Positions 39,820 to 49,990 of a DNA stretch of 64,000 nt are shown here, piece after piece; within the stretch, counting starts at the first letter, position 1; the number at the start of each line of letters is the position of its first letter. This DNA comes from Desulfobacteraceae bacterium (lineage in GTDB: Bacteria; Desulfobacterota; Desulfobacteria; Desulfobacterales; ETH-SRB1), in the NCBI GenBank assembly GCA_030593145.1, contig JAUVHU010000003.1:9962-73961 (forward strand), in the 5' to 3' direction. A program made the translations under genes and the position numbers. Below the pieces are notes generated by a model. That model did not search any database. It saw only the letters and a list, made by a program, of their open reading frames with translations, and was not told the DNA's origin.

Positions 39820-40485
39820 CTATAAAAAGCTTTTTTTGATTTTTTCCCCATATTTCAGTAAGAATTTTTTATAAAGAATATCAACAGATTTAATCAATTG
39901 TTCAACTGAACCATTATTTTGCAATACAAAGTCGGCACGTCCGGCCTTCTCCTCATCAGGCATTTGAATATTTAACAGGTTCTGCGCATCACTATGAGAT
40001 ATATAATCGCGATCCATCAATCTTTTAATGCGTAATTCCCGTTTAGCAATTACAACTATGATCTCATCAAACAAGCTTTCCATATCAAATTCGAAAAGTA
40101 GAGGCACCTCTACCACGACAACAAAATTACCATCCTTTTCCGCTACCGTAATCTGCGATTTCATAAGCTTAATTATTTCAGGATGCGTAAACTGCTCCAA
40201 AGCTTTCCTGAGAGTGTCATCATGTATAATCATGCGGCGGATCATCCGACGATTTAACGTCGCGTCATCGTTTAAAACCTTCTTCCCAAAAAAATTAATT
40301 ATTTTTTTATATGCGGTTGAATCAGGAAAAACCGCTTCCCTTGCAAGAATATCGGAATTAATAACCCTTAAACCTAATGCTTGAAAGCGGTTGCAAACAA
40401 TTGTTTTACCGGAACCAGCGCTCCCGGTTACAGCTACTTTCTTGATTTTTGACAGTGCCTGTTTTTGCTTGTCTTTAAAATCCAT
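39820..40485 (-). CDS. coaE: Dephospho-CoA kinase
   Basis: VTGSAGSGKT, THPEI, EVPLLFE, RLMDRD. Confidence 0.93.
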   Translation of the reverse strand: MDFKDKQKQALSKIKKVAVTGSAGSGKTIVCNRFQALGLRVINSDILAREAVFPDSTAYKKIINFFGKKVLNDDATLNRRMIRRMIIHDDTLRKALEQFTHPEIIKLMKSQITVAEKDGNFVVVVEVPLLFEFDMESLFDEIIVVIAKRELRIKRLMDRDYISHSDAQNLLNIQMPDEEKAGRADFVLQNNGSVEQLIKSVDILYKKFLLKYGEKIKKSFL

Positions 40486-40522
40486 ATGAAAAAATCTATA
40501 TTTATGTTATGTTTAAAATAAG

Positions 40523-40727
40523 TGATTAGTCATTAGACTTTAGCTATTAGTCAAACTATATCAAGATGTTATTAAATAATAATCCGCCAGAGCCTGTTGG
40601 CGGAGGTGATTAATAAATAATTATACGAATGCATTTCATAGAAGCCAACGGCTAATTGCTAACAGCTAATCGCTTAACATAGGTTGTATTTAAGCCTATC
40701 TGCGTTCATCTGTGTAAATCCGTGGCA
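40523..40727. repeat. Inverted heptamer arrays with an internal hairpin and a 9-mer arm
   Basis: tgattag tcattag actttag ctattag ... gccaacg gctaatt gctaaca gctaatc; tccgcca...tggcgga; atctgcgttcatctgtgtaaatccgtgg. Confidence 0.65.
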
Positions 40728-40758
40728 AAATAATTGCAAAAAACACTAACGACTTGAA

Positions 40759-42126
40759 ATGATTCAAATAAATACAAATATTCTTCCTGAAACCAAAGGC
40801 GCATATCTTGTCGGCGGTTCGATCAGAGATCTTCTTCTCGGCCGTTCTCCGATTGATTATGACATTGCTGTTTTGGGAAATCCAGAAGAATTTGCCAAAA
40901 AAATTGCAGCAAAAATATCCGGCCATATTGTCCGGCTTGGGAAACCGGGGCAGGCAATAATCCGGATTGTCTCAGACAATAAAATTTTTGACATATCATC
41001 CGTAAATGGCGCAACTATTGAAGATGACCTTGGCAAAAGGGATTTTACAATCAATGCTATTGCTTGCTCACTATCTTCAAAAAAAATTATCGACTGCCTC
41101 GGGGGAATGGATGACATCGCCGCAAATAAAATTCGCATGGTTTCAAGAAAAGCCTTCAGAAAGGACCCAATCCGCCTGATAAGAGCCTACAGGATGGGCG
41201 CATCTCTAAATTTTGAAATCGAACCGCACACATCGTCCGCTATTAAAAATGACGCGAATCTTATACAGGATTCGGCTGGTGAAAGGATCAGGACTGAACT
41301 TTTCAAGATTTTCAACACTTCGAAATCACATCGTTACATTTCACAAATGGCCGATACCGGCCTTCTTTTCTCTGTCTTTCCTGAACTTAACGAATTAAAA
41401 GGATGCCCTCAAAACACATATCATTCATATGATGTCTTTGAACATACGATGAAAGCTTTTTATCATCTTGAAGCGCTGTTAAATGATTGCGGCAAAGCAA
41501 TGCCGGCGATCTCTGACCCAAACATTTTGAATGTCGGGCATCAGGCAGCCTGGTTGAAATGCGCGATACTTCTGCATGATATCGGCAAACCTCACGTAAA
41601 AACTGTTGACATCAAAGGCAGCATTCACTTCTACGGCCATGGTCAAAAAAGCGCTGACATGGCAAAAGCAATAACTACAAGATTAAAATTTTCAAACCGC
41701 GAAAGACTCTACATTGACCATATTATCCGCAATCATATAAGACCGCTTTTTCTCTTTACAGCTTATCAAAAAAAGACACTTACCAATAAAGGTATAATAC
41801 GTTTCTTTAATAAATGCGGAGACAATACACCTGCATTGCTGCTTCACACCATTGCAGATATTCAAGGAAAAGGGAACAAAGACAACGCAAGAGATGAAGA
41901 TTTCATAAGCTTTGCAAAAAAAATGATTCAGGATTATATATCTGCTTTTAAACCGGAAAAAAAATTGCCGCCCCTTTTAACAGGTTACGACCTTATGACT
42001 GAATTTGGTTTAACACCTTCACCATTATTTAAAAAAATTTTAGACAATGTAGAAGAAGCAAGGCTTTGCAAAACTATCAAAAGCAGACAGGATGCCTTGA
42101 TCCTTGCAAAAAAAATCATAAAATAG
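40759..42126 (+). CDS. tRNA nucleotidyltransferase/poly(A) polymerase family protein with HD domain
   Basis: VGGSIRD, DYD, RDFTINA, DPIRLIR, LLHDIGK. Confidence 0.9.
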   Translation: MIQINTNILPETKGAYLVGGSIRDLLLGRSPIDYDIAVLGNPEEFAKKIAAKISGHIVRLGKPGQAIIRIVSDNKIFDISSVNGATIEDDLGKRDFTINAIACSLSSKKIIDCLGGMDDIAANKIRMVSRKAFRKDPIRLIRAYRMGASLNFEIEPHTSSAIKNDANLIQDSAGERIRTELFKIFNTSKSHRYISQMADTGLLFSVFPELNELKGCPQNTYHSYDVFEHTMKAFYHLEALLNDCGKAMPAISDPNILNVGHQAAWLKCAILLHDIGKPHVKTVDIKGSIHFYGHGQKSADMAKAITTRLKFSNRERLYIDHIIRNHIRPLFLFTAYQKKTLTNKGIIRFFNKCGDNTPALLLHTIADIQGKGNKDNARDEDFISFAKKMIQDYISAFKPEKKLPPLLTGYDLMTEFGLTPSPLFKKILDNVEEARLCKTIKSRQDALILAKKIIK

Positions 42127-42273
42127 CAGCATTGTATGCGTTCGCTATGATCAGAAGTTTTATCAACCAGTTAACACCTGACAAATTCGAATCCTTGACA
42201 AAACACTGTCATTTATATAAGTAAAACGGCTAAATGATTTAATCGTATTTTGCCTTTCAAACACATATCATAC

Positions 42274-42405
42274 TTGACAAACTCGTAAAAAGTCGAGAAA
42301 TCACTTTTTGCAAAACGTGTTAAGGACTTGATAAAATAGACAATTGCTTCAACCTAACACTTAACGCCTAACACTTGATGAATTCGACTTTTTACGAATT
42401 CATCA
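42274..42405. mobile_element. MITE family B-type element upstream of adk
   Basis: TIR ttgacaaactcgtaaaaagtcga / tcgactttttacgaattcatca. Confidence 0.7.
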
Positions 42406-42428
42406 CATTTGAAAAAAGGAGAATTTTT

Positions 42429-43103
42429 ATGAATATTTTGTTTTTTGGGCCAAATGGCAGCGGCAAAGGAACCCAGGGTGCGATATTAAAGGACAAATAT
42501 AATACTGCCCATATTGAATCAGGCGCTATTTTTCGTGAAAACATCAAAGGCGGAACAGAACTTGGCACAAAAGCCAAGGAATATATCGACAAAGGCGATC
42601 TTGTGCCGGATGAAATCACCATACCCATGATACTTGACCGCCTGCAAAAGGATGACTGTAAAAACGGATGGCTTCTTGACGGATTCCCAAGAAATAAAAT
42701 TCAGTCTATAAAGCTGGATGAATCTCTTAAAAAAGCGAATATGAAACTCGATATTGTCATAGAAATTATTCTTGACCGTGAAATCGCCAAAAACAGGATC
42801 ATGGGCCGCAGGCTTTGCGCAAACGACAACAATCATCCAAACAACATTTATATTGACGCGATAAAACCGGACGGAGACAAATGCAGAGTATGCGGAGGTG
42901 AATTAAGCTCAAGAGCCGACGATCAGGATGAAGACGCCATTAATAAACGACATGGCATTTACTATGACAGCGAAACCGGTACTCTTGCGGCAGCTTACTA
43001 TTTCAAAGACATTGCCGCTAAAGATACATCTATTAAATATATATTATTAGACGGCAAACCAGGCGTAAAGGATGTTACTGCGGAGCTTGTTTCAAAACTT
43101 TAA
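42429..43103 (+). CDS. adk: Adenylate kinase with metal-binding LID
   Basis: GPNGSGKGTQ, GDLVPD, LDGFPR; C-X5-H-X15-C-X2-C LID; ATG 42429 with AAGGAG RBS. Confidence 0.96.
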   Translation: MNILFFGPNGSGKGTQGAILKDKYNTAHIESGAIFRENIKGGTELGTKAKEYIDKGDLVPDEITIPMILDRLQKDDCKNGWLLDGFPRNKIQSIKLDESLKKANMKLDIVIEIILDREIAKNRIMGRRLCANDNNHPNNIYIDAIKPDGDKCRVCGGELSSRADDQDEDAINKRHGIYYDSETGTLAAAYYFKDIAAKDTSIKYILLDGKPGVKDVTAELVSKL

Positions 43104-43261
43104 AAATTGACCATGATTTCTAATAGCATGGTCTCTCAAAATATCTCATTTTTTATCTTGCAAAAGCTTTATGAATATATTAGAAGTTCTTTTTTTTGTA
43201 TTACAGTAAATAAATAACCATCGGATAAACACTTCCGGTGGAACAAAAGGAGGCGAGCAAT

Positions 43262-43459
43262 TTGAAGGAAATTCAGGTCAAGGTTTTTGACAATGACCTC
43301 GAAAAGGCTATGCGCATTTTGAAAAAAAAGATTCAAAATGACGGGTTGTTTAAACGTTTAAAGTTGAAAAAGAGCTACGAAAAGCCAAGTGAACACAAAC
43401 GTCGAAAACAGCGTGAAGCCTTAAGAAGGCGTAGAATTACCGCTTCCAGATATAGATAA
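43262..43459 (+). CDS. rpsU: 30S ribosomal protein S21
   Basis: LEKAMRILKKK, YEKPS; TTG start after AAGGAGG. Confidence 0.93.
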   Translation: MKEIQVKVFDNDLEKAMRILKKKIQNDGLFKRLKLKKSYEKPSEHKRRKQREALRRRRITASRYR

Positions 43460-43480
43460 GACCGAAAATTTTAAAAAACT

Positions 43481-43516
43481 AACCCGGCACGGATAATATC
43501 TGTGCCGGGTTTTTTA
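43481..43516 (+). terminator. Intrinsic terminator after rpsU
   Basis: aacccggcacgga...tctgtgccgggtt followed by a T-tract. Confidence 0.8.
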
Positions 43517-43518
43517 TT

Positions 43519-44793
43519 ATGGCGCAAAGAGATTCTTATAATAAATGTATTAAGACCATGTACAGCCTGGGAAGGTTCGGTATTAAGCTTGGTTTGTCTA
43601 CAATCAAAAGCATTTTACACAACCTTGAAAATCCACAGGATACTTATAAGTGCATACATGTCGCGGGAACAAACGGAAAGGGATCAATAGCGTCATCCCT
43701 TGCTTCGATTCTGCACATATCCGGATACAAAGTCGGGCTTTATACATCCCCGCATCTCATAAGGTTTAATGAAAGGATCTGCATAAATAACAAACCTGTT
43801 TCCGATGCAAATGTTGTAGCATCTTATGAGGCCGTAAATAAGGCAAGCTGCGGCGCTCGCAAACCAACCTTTTTCGAACTGACAACGGCCATGGCTCTTT
43901 ATGAATTCAACAGGCAAAAAGTTGACTGGGCTGTTATCGAAACAGGTATGGGAGGAAGGCTTGACGCAACAAATATAATAAATCCGGCTATTTCCATAAT
44001 ATCCAATATATCCCTTGAACATCAAAAGTATCTTGGTAATACCATAAGTCGCATTGCAGGAGAAAAAGGAGGGATTATAAAAAAATGTATCCCTGTAATC
44101 ACTGGTGTTAAGCAAAAAAATGGGATCTCAACATTAAAAAATATAGCAAACAAACAATCTGCTCCCTTTTATCGTCTTGGAGATACCTTCAGGATTAGAA
44201 GAGGTAAAAACGGAACTTTTACATATTTTGGAATCGACAACATTTGGCGTAATATGCGTTCAGGACTGCTTGGCGCCCACCAGATTGATAATGCAGCTCT
44301 CGTTCTTGCAGCATGTGAAATACTCAACAAAAATAAAGCAGAACTTTCCATACAAAGCATAAAAGACGGTCTTGCGCAAAACAATTGGCCTGGAAGACTC
44401 GAAATAGCCTCTTCCTCCCCCTTTATACTTCTCGATGGAGCACACAATTTAATTGCCACCCGCTGTCTGGCAAAATTTCTGTCCGAAAATCTAACTAAAC
44501 GGAAAATAACACTCGTCACAGGCATATTGGACGACAAACCCTATGCCGCAATGCTTGCCTGTCTTCTTCCTCTTTGCAATAAAGCAATATTAACCCGGCC
44601 GAAAACCAACCGGGCGATAGAACCTGAAAAGCTTTATTCAATTGCAAAAAAAATAATCCCGGACGTCTGCATAATACAGGATGTTGGCAAAGCCATAAAA
44701 CATGCAATTAAAATCGCATCATCCGATGACGCAATCTGCATCGCGGGTTCTCTATACCTCGTAGGTGAAGCAAAAGAGATGCTTGACTTATAA
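43519..44793 (+). CDS. folC: Folylpolyglutamate synthase/dihydrofolate synthase
   Basis: AGTNGKGS, YTSPHL, ETGMGGRLDATN, WPGRL, LDGAHN, GSLYLVG. Confidence 0.96.
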   Translation: MAQRDSYNKCIKTMYSLGRFGIKLGLSTIKSILHNLENPQDTYKCIHVAGTNGKGSIASSLASILHISGYKVGLYTSPHLIRFNERICINNKPVSDANVVASYEAVNKASCGARKPTFFELTTAMALYEFNRQKVDWAVIETGMGGRLDATNIINPAISIISNISLEHQKYLGNTISRIAGEKGGIIKKCIPVITGVKQKNGISTLKNIANKQSAPFYRLGDTFRIRRGKNGTFTYFGIDNIWRNMRSGLLGAHQIDNAALVLAACEILNKNKAELSIQSIKDGLAQNNWPGRLEIASSSPFILLDGAHNLIATRCLAKFLSENLTKRKITLVTGILDDKPYAAMLACLLPLCNKAILTRPKTNRAIEPEKLYSIAKKIIPDVCIIQDVGKAIKHAIKIASSDDAICIAGSLYLVGEAKEMLDL

Positions 44794-44821
44794 GCGCCAA
44801 CAAATTAATTACACACATAAT

Positions 44822-44897
44822 GCGCCCGTAGCTCAGGGGATAGAGCGTCAGCCTCCGGAGCTGAAAGCCGCTGGTTCAAATCCAGCCGGGCGTACCA
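44822..44897 (+). tRNA. tRNA-Arg (CCG)
   Basis: Acceptor GCGCCCG/CGGGCGT, anticodon arm TCAGC-CTCCGGA-GCTGA, GGTTCAAATCC T-arm, encoded CCA. Confidence 0.95.
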
Positions 44898-44934
44898 AAA
44901 CATTACCCTACACCGCATAGCTTTTGGCTCATAC

Positions 44935-45092
44935 GAAACTTTTGCAAAACGCCCCCTTTTGCCTTTACCAGAGTGCTTTAGCGGATCAGACTCAGATTTC
45001 AATCCTCAACATATAGGGTAGCCTGCGGTTTTCGCAAACCCTTATGCATCAAGATCTCAGCACATTTGTTTCCCAAAAACCGCTCAACTTAG
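44935..45092. mobile_element. Chimeric MITE (family A left half plus family C half)
   Basis: Left part matches 15469-15530; right part matches the reverse complement of 62523-62618; joined at aatcctcaacata. Confidence 0.75.
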
Positions 45093-45250
45093 AAGGCAAG
45101 TATAAATAAGTTGTACAGATTGCGCCGTAATTTTGTTTGTTTTCAAGGCGCGTTAAAGCGCGCATAACGAGTTATGTAAGCCTTGACGGAACACAGAAAA
45201 CAAGCAAAAGGACAAGCAAGATGTATAAGTTATTTTTACTTGACGACTTA
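45088..45250. mobile_element. MITE family D, copy 1
   Basis: Near-identical to 57871-58034; TIR caagtataaataagttgtaca / tgtataagttatttttacttg; CTTA at both ends. Confidence 0.88.
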
Positions 45251-45318
45251 CGTATAAATTTGCGCAAATGGATCGACGGTCTTGATTTTTATATAATATA
45301 TGATTATAGTTAGCGATC

Positions 45319-47061
45319 ATGAAAGAAAATAATGAAAAAATACCAAGTCCTAAAGAACTTGAAAAGGAAATCGGCGAATTTCTGACCAAAAAATTCGGAG
45401 ATAATGTCAAAGTCGTATCTCCAATAGTTATTCCACAAACCGTTGTTTCAGAAAAAGAAGCGCCCCCTTCCCCAAAAAAAGAAAAAAAACTAAGTTTTGA
45501 TTTAAAGCCTGAAGATCTTATCTCCTATCTTGATCAATACATCGTAAAACAGGCTAATGCAAAAGCAATTCTATCCACAAAAATATGCACCCACTTCAAC
45601 CGGATTAAACATGCTGAAGCCTCTCCTGATAAAATCGATGAAATAGTCGGCAGTATCAAGAACAATGTCCTCATGATCGGCCCAACCGGAGTCGGCAAGA
45701 CATATATGATTAAATTGATAGCCAAAAAAATCGGGGTTCCATTCGTTAAGGGCGATGCCACTAAATTCAGCGAAACAGGATATGTCGGAGGAGATGTAGA
45801 GGACCTGGTACGGGACCTGGTCAGGGAGGCTGATGACGATATTGAACTTGCTCAATACGGTATTATATACATTGATGAGCTTGATAAAATTGCATCAAGC
45901 CGCAATCTGATAGGCGCAGATGTATCAAGAACCGGTGTCCAGCGCACTCTACTTAAACCGATGGAAGAAACCGATGTAGATCTGAAAATCCCTCACGACC
46001 CTATTTCAATGCTCCAGGAAATTGAACGATTTCGTAAAACCGGCAAACGGGACAAACAAACCGTAAACACAAAAAACATACTCTTTATTATGAGCGGGGC
46101 ATTTACCGGCCTGGAACAAATTATTAACAAACGAATTTCTAAACAGGAAATAGGTTTTGGCGCGCATATTATAAGTTCCCAGGAACGGATCAACATTCTT
46201 CAACAAGTATTTCCTGAAGATCTGATAACATTCGGATTTGAATCGGAATTTGTGGGCAGACTGCCTGTAAAGGCTGTTTTTGAAATTCTTACTGAAGATG
46301 ACCTTTACGAAATTCTGAAAAATCCCAACAATCCGATCATTCTTGGGAAAAAACTCGATTTCGCGGCATATGGCATAGACATCAAGTTTGATCGTAAAGC
46401 GCTTCGAATTTTAGCAAAACGCGCCTTTAAGGAAACAACAGGCGCAAGAGGTCTGGTCAGCGCATTTGAAACAGCGCTGCTTATATTTGAGAAAAAACTG
46501 CCGTCAACCAACATCAAAAAATTCTCTGTAACGGTTTCTGTTGTCGAAAATCCGGAAAAAACGCTTGAAACTATTTTGTCTTCATCAAACGAAAATGAAT
46601 TAGATGAAATCTTTGACAAGCTATTTTGTGACGAAAAAGAATTTATTGAAAAATATATTGAATTAAACAAGAAAAATTTAAGTGAAAAATATAATCTAAC
46701 CCTGACGCCGGCACGCACAGCCATTGTTGCCGCTTTTTACTGCAAACATATAATGGATATTGGAAAAGTCTTACAAAAAATCAAATCCTATTATGATGAA
46801 ATTAAAAAGATTGAACTATATTTTTTTAAAAATAACGATATCAATATTGTTATGGAAGAAGATGCCGTTGACTTTATTATTGAACAGGTTGTCAATTCAG
46901 GCATTAAACTCGAAGACTTTTATAAACAATTGATAGTCGATTTTGAACTCGGGCTTAAACTCATCCGTGAAAAAACCGGTAAAAACTATTTTAAAATTAC
47001 CAAACAAGCACTGATGGGGCCTGAGTCTTTTATAAGTGATCTTATTAAAGATGAACTTTAA
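45319..47061 (+). CDS. ClpX-like AAA+ ATPase lacking the N-terminal zinc finger, with C-terminal extension
   Basis: GPTGVGKT, ETGYVGGDVE, IYIDELDK, IGF loop, EFVGRLP, TGARGL. Confidence 0.88.
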   Translation: MKENNEKIPSPKELEKEIGEFLTKKFGDNVKVVSPIVIPQTVVSEKEAPPSPKKEKKLSFDLKPEDLISYLDQYIVKQANAKAILSTKICTHFNRIKHAEASPDKIDEIVGSIKNNVLMIGPTGVGKTYMIKLIAKKIGVPFVKGDATKFSETGYVGGDVEDLVRDLVREADDDIELAQYGIIYIDELDKIASSRNLIGADVSRTGVQRTLLKPMEETDVDLKIPHDPISMLQEIERFRKTGKRDKQTVNTKNILFIMSGAFTGLEQIINKRISKQEIGFGAHIISSQERINILQQVFPEDLITFGFESEFVGRLPVKAVFEILTEDDLYEILKNPNNPIILGKKLDFAAYGIDIKFDRKALRILAKRAFKETTGARGLVSAFETALLIFEKKLPSTNIKKFSVTVSVVENPEKTLETILSSSNENELDEIFDKLFCDEKEFIEKYIELNKKNLSEKYNLTLTPARTAIVAAFYCKHIMDIGKVLQKIKSYYDEIKKIELYFFKNNDINIVMEEDAVDFIIEQVVNSGIKLEDFYKQLIVDFELGLKLIREKTGKNYFKITKQALMGPESFISDLIKDEL

Positions 47062-47067
47062 AACTGC

Positions 47068-47200
47068 ATGGCGTCGTAAAAAGTCCCATCTACCGCGTTG
47101 CAGTGATTTTTCAGACTCTCAACATACTATATGTATGCCTTCGATCCTGAAAAATCACTACGCCTTGTATATGAAACTTTTTACTTAGCCATCTATAGTT
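47068..47200. mobile_element. MITE family B
   Basis: TIR atggcgtcgtaaaaagt / actttttacttagccat; inverse copy within 54390-54550. Confidence 0.82.
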
Positions 47201-47347
47201 AGATTCGTAAAAAGAGCAACAAGCACTAAAACACGAAATAATTACATGTTTTTCGTGTTTTTGTGATAAATATTTTAATTCTGGCCCGTCCGCCTCATGC
47301 CGCTTGGCAGAAGGACGAGCTTGACCAGGAAAGGTAAAGGATTCACA

Positions 47348-48526
47348 ATGATCGGTATATCAAAACTATATTGCGGAACAGTAGAGCCCTCCGATGCGCT
47401 TCGCTATGGGCGCGATTCATCAAAACTGCCTTCACACCTGCTTCAGTTTTCCAGCGACAAACGGCCGGTAGTTGTATGGAACATCACAAGAAAATGTAAT
47501 CTAAAATGCGTCCATTGCTATGCGCAGGCAAAAGACAAAACCTTTGAAAATGAACTTTCCACAAAAGAGGGTAAAAAACTGTTGGATGATCTTGCGCAAT
47601 TCGGCGTCCCTGTAATCCTGTTTTCCGGAGGAGAACCTACGATTCGGAAGGATCTTCCCGAACTTGCGGCTTATGCTGTCGAAAAAGGGATGCGAGCAGT
47701 TATCTCTACAAACGGCACGCTGATATCACAAAAAATGGCGCAGACGCTTAAAGAAATCGGGCTGTCATATGTAGGCATAAGCCTCGATGGAATGGAAGAA
47801 ATCAATGATCGTTTCAGAGGTGTTAAAGGAGCATATAAATCGGCTTTAGATGGAATTAAAAACTGTAAAGAAGCGGGCATAAAGGTCGGGCTCCGTTTTA
47901 CAATAAACAAATTGAATGCCGCTGAAGTTCCGGCCATATTTGAGCTTCTTGAAGATATGGATATTCCAAGAGCATGCTTTTATCACCTTGTTTATGCGGG
48001 ACGCGGTTCAAAACTGGTAAATGAGGATTTATCGCATGAGGAAACAAGGCATTATGTCGATATGATAATGGATCTTACAAAGAAGCTCCATGATAAAGGA
48101 AAACCAAAAGAAATATTGACTGTTGATAATCATGCTGACGGCCCATACGTTTATTTAAGGCTTTTAAAAGAAGATCCAGCGCGTGCCAAAGACGTTCTTG
48201 AACTTCTACAAATGAACGAGGGAAACAGTTCGGGCATAGGTATCGGGTGTATAAGCTGGGATGGCGAGGTTTATGCTGATCAGTTCTGGCGTCATCACAG
48301 TTTCGGCAATATAAAGGATCGACCATTTTCCGAAATCTGGACCGATACATCAGAACCGCTGATGAAAAAACTAAAAGATAAGAAAAAATATGCTAAGGGC
48401 AGATGCTTAAAATGCCGCTGGCTTAATATTTGTGCCGGAAACTTCAGGGTTAGGTCTGAAGCCGTAACCGGCGATCTCTGGGCGCCTGATCCTGCATGTT
48501 ATCTTACAGATGAAGAGATAGCGTAA
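47348..48526 (+). CDS. ahbC: 12,18-didecarboxysiroheme deacetylase (radical SAM/SPASM)
   Basis: MIGISKLYCG, CNLKCVHCY, TVDNHADG, SPASM cysteines; next to hemB and ahbD. Confidence 0.92.
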   Translation: MIGISKLYCGTVEPSDALRYGRDSSKLPSHLLQFSSDKRPVVVWNITRKCNLKCVHCYAQAKDKTFENELSTKEGKKLLDDLAQFGVPVILFSGGEPTIRKDLPELAAYAVEKGMRAVISTNGTLISQKMAQTLKEIGLSYVGISLDGMEEINDRFRGVKGAYKSALDGIKNCKEAGIKVGLRFTINKLNAAEVPAIFELLEDMDIPRACFYHLVYAGRGSKLVNEDLSHEETRHYVDMIMDLTKKLHDKGKPKEILTVDNHADGPYVYLRLLKEDPARAKDVLELLQMNEGNSSGIGIGCISWDGEVYADQFWRHHSFGNIKDRPFSEIWTDTSEPLMKKLKDKKKYAKGRCLKCRWLNICAGNFRVRSEAVTGDLWAPDPACYLTDEEIA

Positions 48527-48533
48527 ACAAAAG

Positions 48534-48749
48534 AAGCCCGGCCCAAAGGACCAGACTTTGGTTTGCCACTGAAAGAAGCTGTTTTGCTTAAAGCTGTACA
48601 AGTTAAAAGTGCCTAAAGTTGTGGAGTCGCTTCGCTCCGCCGATTTTATATAATTGACAGAATCCCTTAACTTTAGTTCACTTCAAACTCTTACAGCGTT
48701 TCTTCAGGCAGAGCCGAAAAACTCTGACCTGGCCCTGAGAACCAGGTTT
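48534..48749. mobile_element. Palindromic mini-element with a nested gtcgcttcgctc cassette
   Basis: Imperfect TIR aagcccggcccaaaggaccag / ctggccctgagaaccaggttt; inner cassette resembles 56270-56310. Confidence 0.6.
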
Positions 48750-48776
48750 TTCAAGGTAAAATAAAAGGAACAAGTT

Positions 48777-49754
48777 ATGTTATTTCCAGACTATAGACCA
48801 AGGCGTCTGCGTCAAAATGAGGCTTTTCGCCGCATGATACGTGAAACGGAAATTTCCGTAAATGATCTGATTCTGCCGCTTTTTGCGATTAACGGCAAAG
48901 GGATTAAAAAACCAATACCATCCATGCCGGGGCAGTATCAGTTATCAATAGACAATTTGGTTAAAACAGCCAAAAAGGCTTTTGATCTTGGCATCCCGGC
49001 TATTATGCTTTTCGGAATACCGAACAAAAAAGATCCCCTTGCGACAAGCGCTTACGCAAAAAATGGTATTGCACAAAAAGCAACAAGCGCTCTGAAAAAT
49101 AAAATTCCTGATCTTGTCGTAATAACCGACGTCTGCTTGTGCCACTATACGGACCACGGCCACTGCGGCATTGTAAAAAATAATATAATAGACAATGATG
49201 CGTCGCTCGATCTTATAGCCCTCACAGCACTTTCTCACGCAAAAGCAGGCGCTGACATGGTAGCTCCTTCTGACATGATGGACGGCCGCGTTGCTGAAAT
49301 TCGCAATATACTCGATGAAAACAGTTTTACAAATATTCCTATCATGGCATATTCAGCAAAGTATTGTTCTGCTTATTATGGGCCGTTCCGCCAGGCAGCC
49401 AGCTCAGCTCCAAAATTCGGTGACCGCAGAACATATCAGATGGACCCCGCAAACGCTGTCGAAGCAATCAGGGAAGTTACAATGGATATTGAAGAAGGAG
49501 CGGATATTATAATGATAAAACCCGCCCTGCCCTATCTCGATATTATCTGCCGCATCCGCGACGAAATTGATCTTCCTGTCGCCGCATATAATGTCAGCGG
49601 CGAATACGCGATGATTAAGGCTGCCGACAAAATGGGATGGCTTGACGGCAAAAGAGTCATGATGGAAACCCTTACCGCAATCAAGCGGGCAGGCGCAGAC
49701 ATGATTTTGACCTATTTTGCCATTGAAGCCGCAAAAGAGCTGATTAAAAAATGA
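48777..49754 (+). CDS. hemB: Porphobilinogen synthase
   Basis: DVCLCHYTDHGHCG, APSDMMDGR, YGPFR, YQMDP, YNVSGEY. Confidence 0.98.
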   Translation: MLFPDYRPRRLRQNEAFRRMIRETEISVNDLILPLFAINGKGIKKPIPSMPGQYQLSIDNLVKTAKKAFDLGIPAIMLFGIPNKKDPLATSAYAKNGIAQKATSALKNKIPDLVVITDVCLCHYTDHGHCGIVKNNIIDNDASLDLIALTALSHAKAGADMVAPSDMMDGRVAEIRNILDENSFTNIPIMAYSAKYCSAYYGPFRQAASSAPKFGDRRTYQMDPANAVEAIREVTMDIEEGADIIMIKPALPYLDIICRIRDEIDLPVAAYNVSGEYAMIKAADKMGWLDGKRVMMETLTAIKRAGADMILTYFAIEAAKELIKK

Positions 49755-49977
49755 ACATCGAACATCGAACGTCCAACATCGAATGGGAAAAGATGAACTT
49801 CTGAAAAGAAACAGAAATAGTCATTCAAGATTCTGTATTGGTTTTTTATTCAATTTTAAAATAATTTGAAGAGCGGAGCGACATCATTATTCGACGTTCG
49901 ACGTTCAATGTTCGATGTTGGACGTTCATCTTTAAAAACAACCCCTTATGGCATAAATACAACCTGTAAACAGTTAC
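49752..49977. repeat. Heptamer-array mini-element starting in the hemB stop codon
   Basis: aacatcg aacatcg aacgtcc aacatcg ... tcgacgt tcgacgt tcaatgt tcgatgt tggacgt; terminal gtaaacagttac. Confidence 0.8.
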
Positions 49978-49990
49978 GAAATAACTTATC

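Noticed and set aside
42429-43103. His-containing metal site in the adenylate kinase LID
   Set aside because: C-X5-H-X15-C-X2-C is already described for Desulfovibrio adenylate kinases.
44805-45002. 65-aa minus-strand ORF
   Set aside because: Antisense to tRNA-Arg and a MITE; a typical shadow ORF.
44822-45250. tRNA as prophage/ICE attachment site
   Set aside because: No integrase, and I saw no duplicated tRNA 3' end in the window.
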